Assembly (NCBI GenBank): GCA_951406725.2
Contig: OX597814.1
Location: 153,202,001-153,266,000 of the forward strand
Direction of reading: 5' to 3'
Source: Octopus vulgaris
Taxonomy: Eukaryota
DNA length: 64,000 nucleotides
A model generated the notes under the pieces. It was not told the origin of the DNA. It was given only the letters and a program-made list of their open reading frames with translations, and searched no databases. Both the position numbers and the translations under genes were made by a program. Positions 51,228 to 64,000 of this stretch are shown here, piece by piece. The stretch's first letter is position 1. Each line of letters opens with the position of its first letter.

Positions 51228-52168
51228 GCTGGTGACAAAGGGCCTCTTGCTCAGAGTAAAAGGTAGATGGTATGATGCATGTGTGCGAACAGCCATGCTA
51301 CATAGCAGTGAAACATGGGCCGTGACTGCAAGGGACATGCGTAAGCTTGCAAGGAATGAAGCTAGTATGCTCCACCGGATGTTTAATGTCAGTGTGCATA
51401 CACGACAGAATGTAAGTGCTGTGAGAGAAAAGTTGACATAAAAAGCATCAGATGTGGTGTGCAAGAGAGACGGCTGCACTGGTATGGTCATGTGTTGTGT
51501 ATGGATGAGGACAGCTGTGTGAAAAAGTGTTCACACCCTAGCAGTAGATGTAACCTGTGGAAGAGGTAGACCCAGGAAGACCTGGGATGAGGTAGTGAAG
51601 CACAACCTTTGAATGTTGGAACTCACAGATGACAAGTGACCAAGACCTTTGGAGATATGCTGTGCTTGAGAAGATCTGGCAAGCCAAGTGAGACCGTAAC
51701 CATAGCCTATGCCAGTGCAGCATAACTGGCCCATTTAAGAGTACCCTTCAATCATTGGGTAATAAACTGTGCTTGCAAAGACCTGTTCAGTCAAGTAAAG
51801 TCATTGTCATGGCTGATGACACTACTGCCTGATTGGCACCTGTGCCGGTGGCATGTAAAAAGCATCATTCGAGCTTAGTCAATGCCAGTGCCACCTGACT
51901 GGCTCCCATGCTGGTGGCACATAAAAAGCATCATTCAAGTGTGGTTGTTGCCAATACTGCCTGACTGGCCCTTATGCCGGTGCCACATAAAAAGCACCCA
52001 CTACACTCTCGGAGTGGTTGGCGTTTGGAAGGGCATCCAGCTGTAGAAACTTTGCCTGATCACATTGGAAACTGGTGCAGCCTCCTGGCTTGCCAGCCCT
52101 CAGTCAAACTGTCCGACCTATGCCAGCATGAAAAGCGGATGTTGAACGACGAAGATAATGATGATGAT
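51228..52168 (+). mobile_element. RTE LINE 3' fragment with modular UTR
   Basis: LVTKGLLLRVKGRWYDACV..., UTR units and tail. Confidence 0.9.
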
Positions 52169-53960
52169 TTTGTATTTTTTATTTTATAACTTCTTAATTC
52201 AGTAGTACTTAATTGCCTTAAAAAATAACCAGTCATGATACAAACTACAGCACTAGATATTTAGCTATCTGGCTAGCATCTAGTTATCTGTAATGTCAGT
52301 TTCTCTCTCTCTCTTTATTTTGTCAATATTTTCTGAATCTTGTTCCTTCTTTTGGCATATTTTTCACCAATTTTCTCTTTTTTGTTTTTGTTTAGACATT
52401 CTTGAAAAGTTTATGGAATAGTAGAGAGGTGGATTAATTAAATTCCTTAGTATTTAGTTTTATTTCTCTACATCCTCTGCTCAGACCCCACTGGTACAGC
52501 CTTGTCCTTCCACATCACACAAGTGGATAAAATATATAATTTCTTATCTGTGTTTCAATGGAAGAAATTGTTATACCAATCTAACATTTTTAATTTCTGT
52601 GACCTAAGGGAGCATTGTTATATGTATATCTTAGTGACACAACTTATTGAGCTACATCCCACATCTAAACAGTTTTGATAATTTTTACAATATTGATTTC
52701 TATAAAAGGAAGAAGGCTATAAATTCATCTGTGTATATATGTGGGAAAGGAGTATAATCTATTTAATTAAATCCAGGCCACTGTGGGAAGGGATTCAGTT
52801 GTTGCAATCAAACCCAAGCAACATATTTACAGGATGATGTTTTTAGTCAGTTTAATCAAATACAGGTTCACGTGGAAAGGAGTAGTGTGTGTGTTTCACC
52901 AAAACTTAACTGATATTTCATCAAATCAATCAAAGGACACGAGGCAAAAGTAACTTTAATGAGATTTAAACTCAGAAATAATGCTAATTAATACTATAGT
53001 TTTAATTTAACAATAAGTTAATGTCAAATTGTAAAAGTTGTCACATACTACATTTTAATGTGACTGAATATCAGTAGAGATACAGAAGCAGATATAAGTG
53101 TTCTACTTGCATTGGCTAGAACAAAATCATCTCTCCCATATAATTAAAGATAGGTCATAATGTCATTTGTTTTGCTACTCTAAAGGACCAGTATAAGGTA
53201 TGGTGATAGTCTTGTGGACCCTGCACTATGGTCAAAAGTGTTTCTGCAATGAATATCCTCTTTTCTTCTCGGACAAAGCATAACCAAGATTACTCTATCT
53301 AAAGTATTCTTTTTTAAGACATGGTATACCCTGGACTATATTATCCATTGTTGCTGTTTAGCCCAGGTCAACACTGATCAAGCAAGACCCATCACCAAAG
53401 TCATCCTAGCAGTAACTGTGGCATCTTTTACATAAACCATTTATCTAGGATTACATTTTCTTATGCGGTCTTCCTTTTCACAGACAGTAATGTGTGATCA
53501 AGGGAAACTGACCTACTATTATGGCAGATCAGGTGACACATAAAAGCTTCCTTGTTACACTTTTTGGTGTCTATTAAACCATGTTCTGATTTTGGAAGAT
53601 TTTCAGTGTTAGAAATAAGAGCTAATTTTGAAGGGAAGTGTTATTAATATTTCTTTTGTTCATTTGTACTTCTGCCTTCTGTAGAAGTTATTTTCAATGT
53701 TACCTTATCTCATTGTCAACTAGGGTTGTCATTTCCTCACTGCTTCAGTATATCTAATTTGATGTTTACTGCACCAAATATGTTAACACTAACTTAATAT
53801 TTCTATGGGGGTCTGCTTAGAAAACTCAGATGTTGAAAACATTTACTCTGTTTTTCTCTTTGTTTGGTATTGTAAACAATAATCTTGGATTAAAATAGTG
53901 AACATTTTTTTATATATGTTTCCTGTAATTTATAATTTAACTACTATTTTTTTTTCTTAG

Positions 53961-54027
53961 CAATCTCGACCTCCCCCAGCAGTAGGCTATAACAGATACG
54001 ATCAGGAACGTTTTAGAGGCAAAGAAG
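53961..54027 (+). CDS. CDC73: Parafibromin exon 8
   Basis: QSRPPPAVGYNRYDQERFRGKE; 67 nt. Confidence 0.93.
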
Positions 54028-55486
54028 GTAAGATATTTTTATTATATTTATTGCATGTAGTTCTTTACATCTTATCAGCTACCAGGTAGTTACTTTTGTA
54101 GTTTGTTTTACTGTAGGTCAACTCTGAACCAGTAGATCTTTGATAAAAAGAATCTTCCAGCCTTAATTACCCAGGTTTTTTTTCTCCAAAACTGTTCTTG
54201 ATTCATTGCCTCTTTTCTCTCTCTGTCCACCTTGTATCTTGAGGATACGCGCTTATGCCTCATCTCCACCATCCTTTCTCTCTTTCCTACTGAGGTAGCC
54301 ATGTATCTCCTCTACAGCAAAACAACTGTTCCTGTCACTTTTTCCTGCTTTGGTACAAAGCTCTCTCACTCAATACTGCACTCTGACAAGAAGTCTTGTT
54401 TTGCATGTTACTTGGTGACTTCACTAGTACTGGTGCTATGAAAATAGCACCCAGTACAGTGGTTGGCATTAGGAAGGGCATCCAGCTGTAGAAACCTTGC
54501 TAAAACAAACATTGGAGACCAACCCAACCATCATGCTAGTCAGACCCATGTTGTTTGGAATACAGTCATGATAATATGTCCATCCATTTTTAGATGACAA
54601 ATTGTTAATTTTAGCAGATTGGGTGATTACAGAGGCTCTTTTATTGGCTTGTCAGTTCCCAGTTTATGGATAAAAGGGAATGGCTTAATTGGTAGGTTTG
54701 GTACTATCAGCTCATGGGTTATGAAGATTTGTTATGGGTTTGGCAGTACATTTAATTTTACATGCTGGCGTTCATCTAACTGTAAAGAAAATTGTGTGAA
54801 GTTATCTGATGTACAGACCAGCAACTTATCGTACATACATACGAAATAACTCACAGTAAGAGATCTGCAATAGAAGTTTGAACAGTAAGAGACATGCCTG
54901 CTTACACAACTTTTTAACTTTGAATGTATCATCAGTTAATATAATTTCATGAAGCTGCTGTGGGCAGTGTGCATATTTTTACTATATTTCTACTGGGGTT
55001 ATTTCTGCTATTTCAGAAGCCTTTAGCTGTTGTTATATGTATCCAGGTCAACTATAATTGGAGCATTCCATTGTTGACTGATTTAAAGGTGGTTTTGCTG
55101 CTATTTGTAGCCTGTTGAGTGACTCCATAGAGGTACCCTAATGGAAGCTTCAGCTGTTTTGTTTGGGTGTAATTCTAACTTAAGATAGTGATGTGCCTAA
55201 CATTGAATGATCAATAAAGAATAGCTTGTACTGTTTTGAACTTGGACTTTTGGCTCCCAAATCCTTTAATAGCAAGACTTAATACATATAATAAATTTAT
55301 CATTTCTATATTGAGGATATTTTATTGGAATAAGTGTTTATGTAGTATGTTCCTCTTATTTGGGATGTACTTTGAGGCATTATGATCAATAAATTAATAA
55401 ATAATTCCACTGTGAAAGAAAAACAACTGAATATTTTCTTTTCATGTTCATAAAATTGCTGTTTTACTTTTCCTTATTTTTATCAG

Positions 55487-55739
55487 AAACGGAAGGTTTT
55501 AAAATTGACACAATGGGAACATATCACGGAATGACACTGAAATCTGTGACAGAAGGTGCTCTAGCCAGAAAAACTCATACTCCTCTACCTACTGCAATTC
55601 CACAGCCACGACCTATTTCTCAAGCACGACCTCCGCCAAATTTAAAGAAAGGTTCTCGTACTCCAGTCATAATCATCCCTGCTGCTGCCACATCACTCAT
55701 CACTATGTTCAACTCAAAAGATATGTTACAAGATCTCCG
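55487..55739 (+). CDS. CDC73: Parafibromin exon 9
   Basis: [24 protein letters not shown]...[28 protein letters not shown]; 253 nt. Confidence 0.96.
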
Positions 55740-55811
55740 GTAAACTTTTGCTTTTTCTCTCATCTGATTCCATTTGTTACATTCATTTAACTCTTAAAAT
55801 TACCTCTCTTT

Positions 55812-56065
55812 CTATCCGCTTAGTTGAAGTTGACTCTCGGTCACTCGTTGGATCAGTGTCCTCCAGTCAGTTCTATCCTGGGCCGCTTCTTTCAGATTGG
55901 CTATGTCCATTCCGGTATCACTCTTGATGGTGTCAAGCCAGCAGGTTCTTGGTCGGCCTCTTCCTCTCTTGTCACTGACCATTCCGAGCATGATGTCCTT
56001 CTCCAGGGATTTTCTCTGCATAATATGACCGAAATATGCCAATCTATGCTTGGTGATCTTAGCTT
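55812..56065 (-). mobile_element. RTE-BovB-like LINE 3' fragment
   Basis: YFGHIMQRKSLEKDIMLGMV...RGRGRPRTCWLDTIK...AQDRTDWR. Confidence 0.85.
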
Positions 56066-56845
56066 CTAGGATTACCTAAAAGCACATAAATATTATTTCG
56101 CATGTCATGTTTCATGATATTTACAGCCTATTTAACAGCAGATAATATTCTTTCTTACTATATGAAGGATCAATTATATGAGTGCATAATTTGTGGGCAT
56201 TTAAACAATATTGTCTTAATATTCTATCATTATTCAGCTTATTATGGCAGAGAGCTGGCAGAATTGTTAACATCCCGGACAGAATGCTTAGTGCCGTTTT
56301 GCCTGTTTTTACTTTCTTAGTTCAAATTCTGCCAAGGTCAACTTTGGCTTTCATCCTTATGAAATAAGTGCCAGTCAAGCACTGGGGTTGATGTAATCAA
56401 CTGTCCCCTACTCCCCCAAATTTCAGACCTTGTACCTATAGTAGAAAGGATTATCACTAAGCTTATTACTGTTTTACATGACTGAACATTCTGGTGTAGA
56501 AATTCTAATAGTTATTGTCTGTGGTCCTTCATTATTGAACGGTTTTTAGTTGAACAGCAACTGGTCAAATTTCTTTTACTACTTTTTGAGACTATCCCCT
56601 GTTTATTTGTGGAGTTTCTCAAAAAGTTGCTTGAAAATATATTTTTTTGTCATGCTGATGTATGTCTTGGTTTTAAAATGCATGGGACTGCATTTAGTAA
56701 TTCCAGCATTTTAAACCTTAATTACTCTTTAGTTTTATTCTGTTAATTTCCTAAACCAACATTTAATGTTGATAGTTGTATTGTTTGGGGAGAGTCATAC
56801 TGCCTTAATATTTAACACACTCACTGGTTCAATTTCCACTCATTT

Positions 56846-57247
56846 ATTCATCATCATCATCGTTTAATGTCCGCTTTCCATACTAGCATGGGTTGAACGA
56901 TTTGACTGAGGACTGGCGAACCAGATGGCTGCACCAGGCTCCAATCTGATCTTGCAGGTTCTACAGCTGGATGCCCTTCCTAATGCCAACCACTCCGAGA
57001 GTGTAGTGGGTGTTTTACGTGCCATCAGCATGAGGGCCAGTCAGGCAGTACTGGCAACAACCACGCTCATATGGTGTTTTTTTACGTGCCACCTGCACAG
57101 GAGCCAGTCCAGTGGCACTGGCAACGACCTCGCTCGAATGTTTTTTCATGTGCCATGGGCACATGTCCTCAGCAGTCACAGCCCATGTTTCATTGCCATG
57201 TAGCATGGCTGTTCAAACACATGCGTCATACAGTCTACCTTTTACTC
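56846..57247 (-). mobile_element. RTE LINE 3' fragment with internal deletion
   Basis: UTR and tail joined directly to LHGNETWAVTAEDM near 57155. Confidence 0.85.
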
Positions 57248-57963
57248 CTTCTCCAAAATTTTCGTTGCTTTTGCAACCTTGTCAATGGATATTGACTCTG
57301 TCCGTTATCCATAATAATAGACAGGATAAACAGTCAACATCCATTGACAAAGATGCAAAAACAATGAAAATTTTGGAAAACAATAAAACATAAATAATGA
57401 GTGGAAATTGAACTGGTGAATGTGTTAGATATTAAGGCATTAGGACTCTCCCCAGACACAACAAAATTTGTTTCAACACATGAATTATTCACATAAAGAA
57501 TCTTGGAAACCAGATACAAAACCGAAGTGATAATTGTATGTTTTACCTTAAATAAGGTATTAAAAAAAATTAAATTACTGTAAATCAGAATAAATGTAGA
57601 AATTAAAAAGAAATTCTTTTACTGGTTTCAATTGTGAATGCAGCCATCCTAGTTCGCCTCCTTCAAGAGATTTTTTTATGTTATATCGATGCCAGTATTT
57701 GGTATTCTTTTTATCAGATGACCAAGTTTAAAATGTTTTGTAATTCAAGAGTTGATTCCCTTTATGGACTTCAATACAACAAATTTATCCTCGTATTATA
57801 TAAAAACAACTTATCGTTACAGATTCCATATATTGAATTTCAGTGGTATGGATTAATATTGTAAAATAAATCCCTTCATTTTAATCGATTTCATTATAGA
57901 CAAAGGATGATGGGACTAAATTACTTAAGATATTTACATAGTTTAACTATTTTGTCCTGACAG

Positions 57964-58101
57964 GTTTCTCAGTACTGAAGAAAAAAGAGCACAAGGTATG
58001 AAAAGAGAAAATGAAGTATTGATTCAGAGACGAAAAGAAGGTGGTTTAACAGTGCCCTATCGTATTATTGATAATCCTACAAAACTTCAGGCAGATGACT
58101 G
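57964..58101 (+). CDS. CDC73: Parafibromin exon 10
   Basis: [45 protein letters not shown]; 138 nt. Confidence 0.95.
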
Positions 58102-58811
58102 GTATGTATTAAACTAATTATTAAAAAAGGACTTTTACTTGGGGATGGAAAACAATGGATATTTCTTCTAACCCCATGTTAGTTTTCTTATTAATTTTAA
58201 ATTTGATTTAACACTGAGAGTTGATATATTTAACACTTTGTTGATAAAGCCTATCGATGCTTCTACATTAATGAAGATATATATGTCTTTACACTTCCTA
58301 TATACATCTGTGTGTATGTGTGGGTTTACACTCCCTTTTTCTAATGAAATTCAGGGATTTTTGTACATCACAAAATGGGTTGATTATATATATATATATA
58401 TTGGCAACACAAATAGGAAAATAGAACTCAGAACATAACTAAATATATATTTTTGATTTTTAAATTCGACAAGTGCCAATGCATAAAACTTTCATCCCTT
58501 GAGTTATTCTGTAACTACTGCCAATTAAATTATATTTTTTAAGAGAGTGACTCTGGCACAAAAATGGCAGCTTGATCTTGTTAACTGAAAGTTATGGCTT
58601 GGCTGTGAAGTTTTACTCTTCTATTAGTATTGTTATGAAGTATTGAACAGTGTAAGAAATGTTATTTGTAAATAACTCATCTTGAGTAAGTCCTTTACAA
58701 AATATATTTTCAAGTGTGTATACTCTCGTTTGAATAAAAAATTACCAATATTTTACACATGCCTTTATTTTTGTTAGTATGTAATTATATGTAATTTCTT
58801 ATTTGTTCTAG

Positions 58812-58903
58812 GGATCGTGTTGTTGCTGTATTCGTGCAAGGTCCTGCGTGGCAGTTTAAGGGTTGGCCTTGGGATGGCAATCCAGTTGAGATATTTTCTA
58901 GAA
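58812..58903 (+). CDS. CDC73: Parafibromin exon 11
   Basis: [30 protein letters not shown]; 92 nt. Confidence 0.96.
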
Positions 58904-60281
58904 GTAAGTCTTTCTTGATATATTCCTGCTCCAGAACTAATTTACTGATATGAATGGAAGCGGAGTACATCTAAATTCCAATATTAAACTAAAAGAATAG
59001 GATAAATTAGAAGGTTTCAGGCCCCCCGGTTTATAAGGATTAGAAGTTGAATCATGAATAGGAATTTCTATACCATATTTACTTGTGTACAAGTTGCACT
59101 TTTTTTTGTATAAAACTTCAATGACAATTTACACATTAAGCTAAAAAAATTTTGAATTGTAAAAGTTTTGTACCAGTTTTATTTACACAAGTGAATATGA
59201 TATGTTCCATTTCAGGAAGACAGAAAGAGAAGTGTACTTTATTAATATGATGCAACAAAACCTCCATAAAGTAGAAACTCTTAAATAAGTATTACTTTTG
59301 CCAGAATTAGAATCCCAAACTAGCCTGAATTAGATGAATACATGTTATTCAATGACTGGCAGATACCCTTCCAGTCACTACCCCTTGCCTGTTTTTCAAG
59401 CAAGGGACTTTTTTTTTTTGTCCATATATCTTTGAAAGTGTAAACATAGCAGGTGATTAGTTGATGGAGAATGGCAACAAACTTCTCTGTTTGTAGCTTA
59501 GCACTTTTTCATGCAACATGCAAAATCACACAGGCACATGTTAGCACACATGGCTATATATATATATAATGGGCTACCAAATTCACTCATATGACATCAG
59601 CCATCATGGGGTTACAAAAAAAGATGCTGACTTAAGATGTTGCTGAGCGGGACTGAACCTGAAACCACATGACTGAAAGGCTGATTTCTTGACTACTCAG
59701 CCAATACCGCATTATATATAAGTATTGACTTTTAAAAATCTAAAGACGGCTTCAGACTAACTTCCCAGTGGTCATTTATTTTTCATCAAACTGAATAAGT
59801 TGCTGTTCCAAATTCTGAATAGCAGGTAAAGGTATAACTGTTTGACTTTTAGGAGACTATTTTAAATTAGTTTTGATTTTTTTTTTTTTTTATTAAATTT
59901 TGTTTATTGTATCAGGATATTTGAGAAACTTTAAAATGTATGTTTAAGTTGTCAGTTTCAAACTTAAAGAGATTTGAAGTTTTATGGTAGTGTTTTGTGG
60001 TATAAGGTGCAAATGGAAAGACAGTATAACCTTTAGTTGAAGTTAGTTATATTATGAGTTAAAATCCTGGCAGATTGTGATTTGGGGGATATTTTACTGC
60101 TGTTTCTGGCAGGTTTAGTAACCTTGTGGAGGCTCTCTTGTTAGCTTATCTGATTTAAATGTGCAGCGAAAGTTTAACTCATAAAATAAACAACTTCAAC
60201 ATATATGTACATATGAGTAGTTTATGTATTATAAAGTGAACACTTTTCTAATAAAAGTTTTGTTTTTGCCTTCTTTAATAG

Positions 60282-60423
60282 TCCGAGCTTACCATGTCAA
60301 ATGGGCTGATTTGCCATTAGATAACAACATTAAAAAATGGGCAGTTAATGTGATTAATTTGGACAGACACAAACGCCATTTGGACAGAGCAATGTTGCAA
60401 CAATTTTGGGAAGTGTTGGACAG
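60282..60423 (+). CDS. CDC73: Parafibromin exon 12 (penultimate; terminal exon not found)
   Basis: RAYHVKWADLPLDNNIKKWAVNVINLDRHKRHLDRAMLQQFWEVLD; 142 nt; donor gtaaag. Confidence 0.94.
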
Positions 60424-60761
60424 GTAAAGATTTTACTTTTCACTGTTGTTTTTTGTATTTTCTCGCTCTTTTTGGCCTAAATGTATAGTTGTTAGAATTT
60501 AGCCTTATTTTAATTTGCTCAGCATGTAGTTACTATTGTTTGAACCTTTTGACATCTCTCCCACTTGCTGTTTTTAATCTCACAACAGCTAATTAGTTGA
60601 AGAAAGATTTTGAGAAGAAATAAAACATTGTAGCCAGAAATTTATGTCATACAAATCTTGGTGATGTGCAGAGATATTAATTTGGTGGCATGTTAACCCT
60701 TCTTCAACTATGGAATTTGAAAAAAAAAAATCCCTTTTTCTATTGCATTCTCTTTTTACTA

Positions 60762-61260
60762 TTTAGTTAGTTAGTTTGGCTCAAAAGCAAATAGCAAGGC
60801 CATGTAGGGGGACATGGAGTTAAGTACAGGGTGGTGTTCATGTAAAGAGTTCAGGCCACTTGAGGTCCAGGGAGGCTTTGAACAAAGCGGTCGTCGGCAT
60901 CTTCACCATCTCGTCTGGCAGCTTGTTCCACGGATCCGCAACCCGGACGGAGAAAGCTCCTCTCCTTCGATTGAGATGAAATCGTCGCAGGTAGAGCTTT
61001 TCGGAATGACCTCGCAGCCGACGCTCTGGAGCAGGAGTGAAGAATAGCTCTTTCGAGAGGTTACACTTTCCGCTTATGATGTTGTGGGCGAGAATGAGAT
61101 CACCACGGCATCGAGCGTCCTCAGCCTTTCTTCGTAGGACAAATTTTTGAGACCATGAACCATGCGGGTAGCCAGCTTCTGGACTCTTTCGAGATGCTGT
61201 ATGTCTTTGAGGAGATAAGGAGAAGAGGCTTGAATCCCATACTCCAATATGGGTCTCACC
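60762..61260 (-). mobile_element. CR1-clade LINE 3' fragment, CpG-rich (relatively young), (CTAA)n tail
   Basis: VRPILEYG...LERVQKLATRMV.GLKNLSYEERL; WNKLP. Confidence 0.9.
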
Positions 61261-61282
61261 ATTTAATGTGAGTCCGGTGAAG

Positions 61283-61570
61283 GTGCAGGGCTTAATGGTT
61301 TGGGATATTCAGCTTATGATCATAAGGTTGTGAGTTTGATTACTGGCAGTGTGTTGTGTCCTTTCATGTTGCTCCAGTCCACTCAGCTGGCAAAAATGAG
61401 GTGCATCTGTAGTTCAAAGGGCCAGCCTTGTCACATGAATTTCCCTGAGTACTACATTAAGGGTATGCGTGTCTGTGAAGTACTCAGCCATTTGCACATT
61501 AACCTTGCGAACAGGCTATTCCGTTGATTGGATCAGCTGGAACACTCATTGTTGTAACTGATGGAGTGCT
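61283..61570 (+). mobile_element. tRNA-derived SINE, degenerate
   Basis: Similar to the reverse complement of 48170-48430. Confidence 0.6.
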
Positions 61571-62867
61571 AGTAATGTGAGCCAATGCCTCTAAATGGTC
61601 ACTTGAACAACAAGAAATAGCAGCTAGATCACACCTACTATCTTAAAAAGGAGAGGCACATGAATTATGAGATGGCCATAACTGGAACACCAGTCTAATG
61701 GAAAGATGACACAAACAATAGATCTGGGTACAACATCTAATTGTTTGACTACCTTCATGCCACGAGTCTCCAGGATCAGTGAGAATTGTCTTGGAACTAA
61801 AAAACTATTATGGTTTAGGCATCTTTAAAACACTTTATTTTCTCTTTTCTATAATGTCTAATCCAAACCCTGTGAGCTGCTACATTCTAGCGGTTGTAAT
61901 TTGCCAACAAGCATTGCAGTTTAAAAGCAAGGTACATTACTCTGCTTTTCTTTATCAGCTCAACCGAAAGGAATTTCCTCTCACTTCAAAGCTGTGATAG
62001 GTATTTGGTTTAGTTTAGCCCTTTCAGTAGCAAGCCACCATGGACTGCTTCCGATTTTAGGATACAAAAGTATTCATTTTAAAGTGTTTGTATTTAAATT
62101 GAAACTTTATATCATAAATTTATTCAAGAATTTTTCTAGTTATGTTGCAATTACCAGCTTACTTTGTTTTACATGTTTTTCCATACTGGTTGATCAAATA
62201 TGTAATTATGTATTGTTTTACAGCCACACGCTCTTTGTGTCACTAATTCTTGCTTGCTTTACAAATAATGCTTTTAAAAGCCCAAATCTCCTGAATGACT
62301 TGTTTGTCAGCAATGTCAACGAACATGACCATTTTTTATCGACACTTTTTACATGAGGACTTAGGATGTAAATGTACATATCATCATCATTGTCATATGA
62401 CGTCCGTTTTCCTTGTTGGTGTAGGTTGGATGGTTTGACAGGACCTGGAACTGCACCAAGCTCCATTGTCTGTTGTGGCACCAGCACCAACAGGGTTACT
62501 AAGTACCTTGCAAGATAAAAACCCTTTGACTGGGATGAGTAGTATTGAGTGGGTGTGGCATTGTGTCATTTGAGAGATTAAATGTATACAGGGAAGGAAA
62601 TAGGTATCTTCCTGTAAAGTAGATACATAAATACCCTAGTTGGAAAAGAAAGGAGAGCGAGTTAGCAAGTTGTGTGTATGAAAAACAAACACTGTTGACG
62701 CTTCAGTAATTTATGTAGTAGAAGTAACAGTTGAAAATGTATCAAATATTATATATATTTTGGTTTTTCTAATACACACTCTGTCATACATAAATATATA
62801 TGTGTATATTATATATAATGCACAGGTAATGCTGAAAATGTGACTCCATCAACAGCCAGTGAGGCAA

Positions 62868-63929
62868 GCTAGAGGTAGAAAGCTTCCAATATCTAGGTGA
62901 CCAAGTTAGTAGCTGAGGTGGATGCTCCAACCTCAGCTGGCAACAAAGGGCCTATCTCTCAGTGAAAGGCAAATTGTATGATGCCTGTGTGTGAACAGCT
63001 GTGCTACATGGCAGTGAAACATGGGCATTGACAGCTGAGGACTTGCATAGGCTTGAAAGAAATGAAGCCAGTATGCTTTGCTGGATGTGCAATGTCATTG
63101 TGCATGTTTGACTGAGTGTAAGCATCTTGAGAGAAAATTTAGGCATCAGATGTGGTGTGCAAGACAGTTGACTGCACTGGTATGGTCATGTGATACATAT
63201 GGACCAAGACAGCTGTGTAAATAAGTGCTGGTCTCTAACTGTGGAGGTTATCCTGTGCTAGCGATAAAGCCAGGAAGACATACAAGGTGGTGAAGCACGA
63301 TCTCTGAACTTTGAGCCTTACAGAGTCAATGACTAGCAACCGATATGCTGTGCTTGAAAAGACCTGTCAAACCAAGGCACCTGCACCAGTGGTGTGTAAA
63401 GAGCACCTGTCGAGCATTGGGCCTCATGGAGGCAAAGTGGCTGAGTTCCTTTTGAGTGTTGGGCCTCATGGAGGCTAGTTCCTTTCTAGCATTGGGCCTT
63501 ATGGAGGCGAATTCCTCTCTAGCATTGGGCCTCACAGAGGAAAGTTCCTTTTGAGCATTGGGCCTCATGGAATTGAGTTCCTTTCAAGTGTAGGGCCTCA
63601 GGTGAGTTCCTTTCAAGCATTGGGCCTTATGAGGGCAAAGTGGCTGAGTTCCTTTCCAGCGTTGGGCCTCACAGGGGCAATGATCAAGACCTTTGACATT
63701 GTCATGCCTGAAAAGAAGACCCATCAAGCCGAGCAAAATTGCAGTCGTGGCAGATACTGGTGTCATGCAAATGGCACCTGTGCTGGTGGCATGTAAAAGC
63801 ACCCATTGCACTCTTGGAATGGTTAGCGTTAGGAAGGGCATCCAGCTGTAGAAACCATGCCAAATCAGACTGGAGTCTGGTGCAGCCCTGGTCAAATTGT
63901 CCTCCATGCCAGGGTGTTAAATGATGATA
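62868..63929 (+). mobile_element. RTE LINE 3' fragment with a tandem array in the UTR
   Basis: FQYLGDQVSS, LHGSETW, HWYGHV; UTR and tail; tandem units at 63410-63680. Confidence 0.88.
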
Positions 63930-64000
63930 ATATATATACATACACAAAAGTGACAAACCACTTGACTGGCATATATGAACTATTGCACTCCTTTTGTATT

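Noticed and set aside
57615-57672. Minus-strand GAAACCAGTA with upstream AGGATGGC as a fourth hammerhead
   Set aside because: No intact CUGANGA in register and no convincing stem II
62821-62835. cacag|gtaa as a possible CDC73 terminal exon
   Set aside because: Would end the protein immediately without the expected YM..K.HLRF-like tail, and has no polypyrimidine tract; the real last exon is probably beyond 64000
63410-63680. CRISPR-like repeat array
   Set aside because: Intervening sequences are related to each other rather than unique spacers; eukaryotic context; no cas genes; lies inside an RTE UTR

Overview
AT-rich, repeat-dense animal DNA. The repeat families (RTE LINE with (GAT)n tail, tRNA-derived SINEs, Penelope-like elements) suggest a coleoid cephalopod, probably Octopus; this is inference. 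Two host genes sit head-to-head with start codons about 16.3 kb apart. (1) The first coding exon of PPP6C (PP6 catalytic subunit) is on the minus strand at 12564-12638; it is missed by the ORF track and the rest of the gene appears to lie left of the window. (2) Twelve coding exons of CDC73/parafibromin are on the plus strand at 28942-60423, all GT-AG with consistent phases (1532 nt); the short last exon was not found in the window. Most other recognisable sequence is transposon debris: RTE, CR1, Tx1/L1-like and Penelope-like retroelements, a 5'-truncated Ty3/Gypsy with its 3' LTR, Tc1/mariner, hAT and MULE remnants, Helitron-like elements and microsatellites. The most interesting region is 13.7-16.4 kb, just upstream of PPP6C. 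It holds a Penelope RT fragment, a stack of head-to-tail Helitron-like elements and three hammerhead-ribozyme-like motifs. One has a fully intact catalytic core, carries a splice donor in loop II and lies inside a 97-bp near-perfect inverted repeat. All calls are by eye; no database searches were run, and repeat boundaries are approximate.
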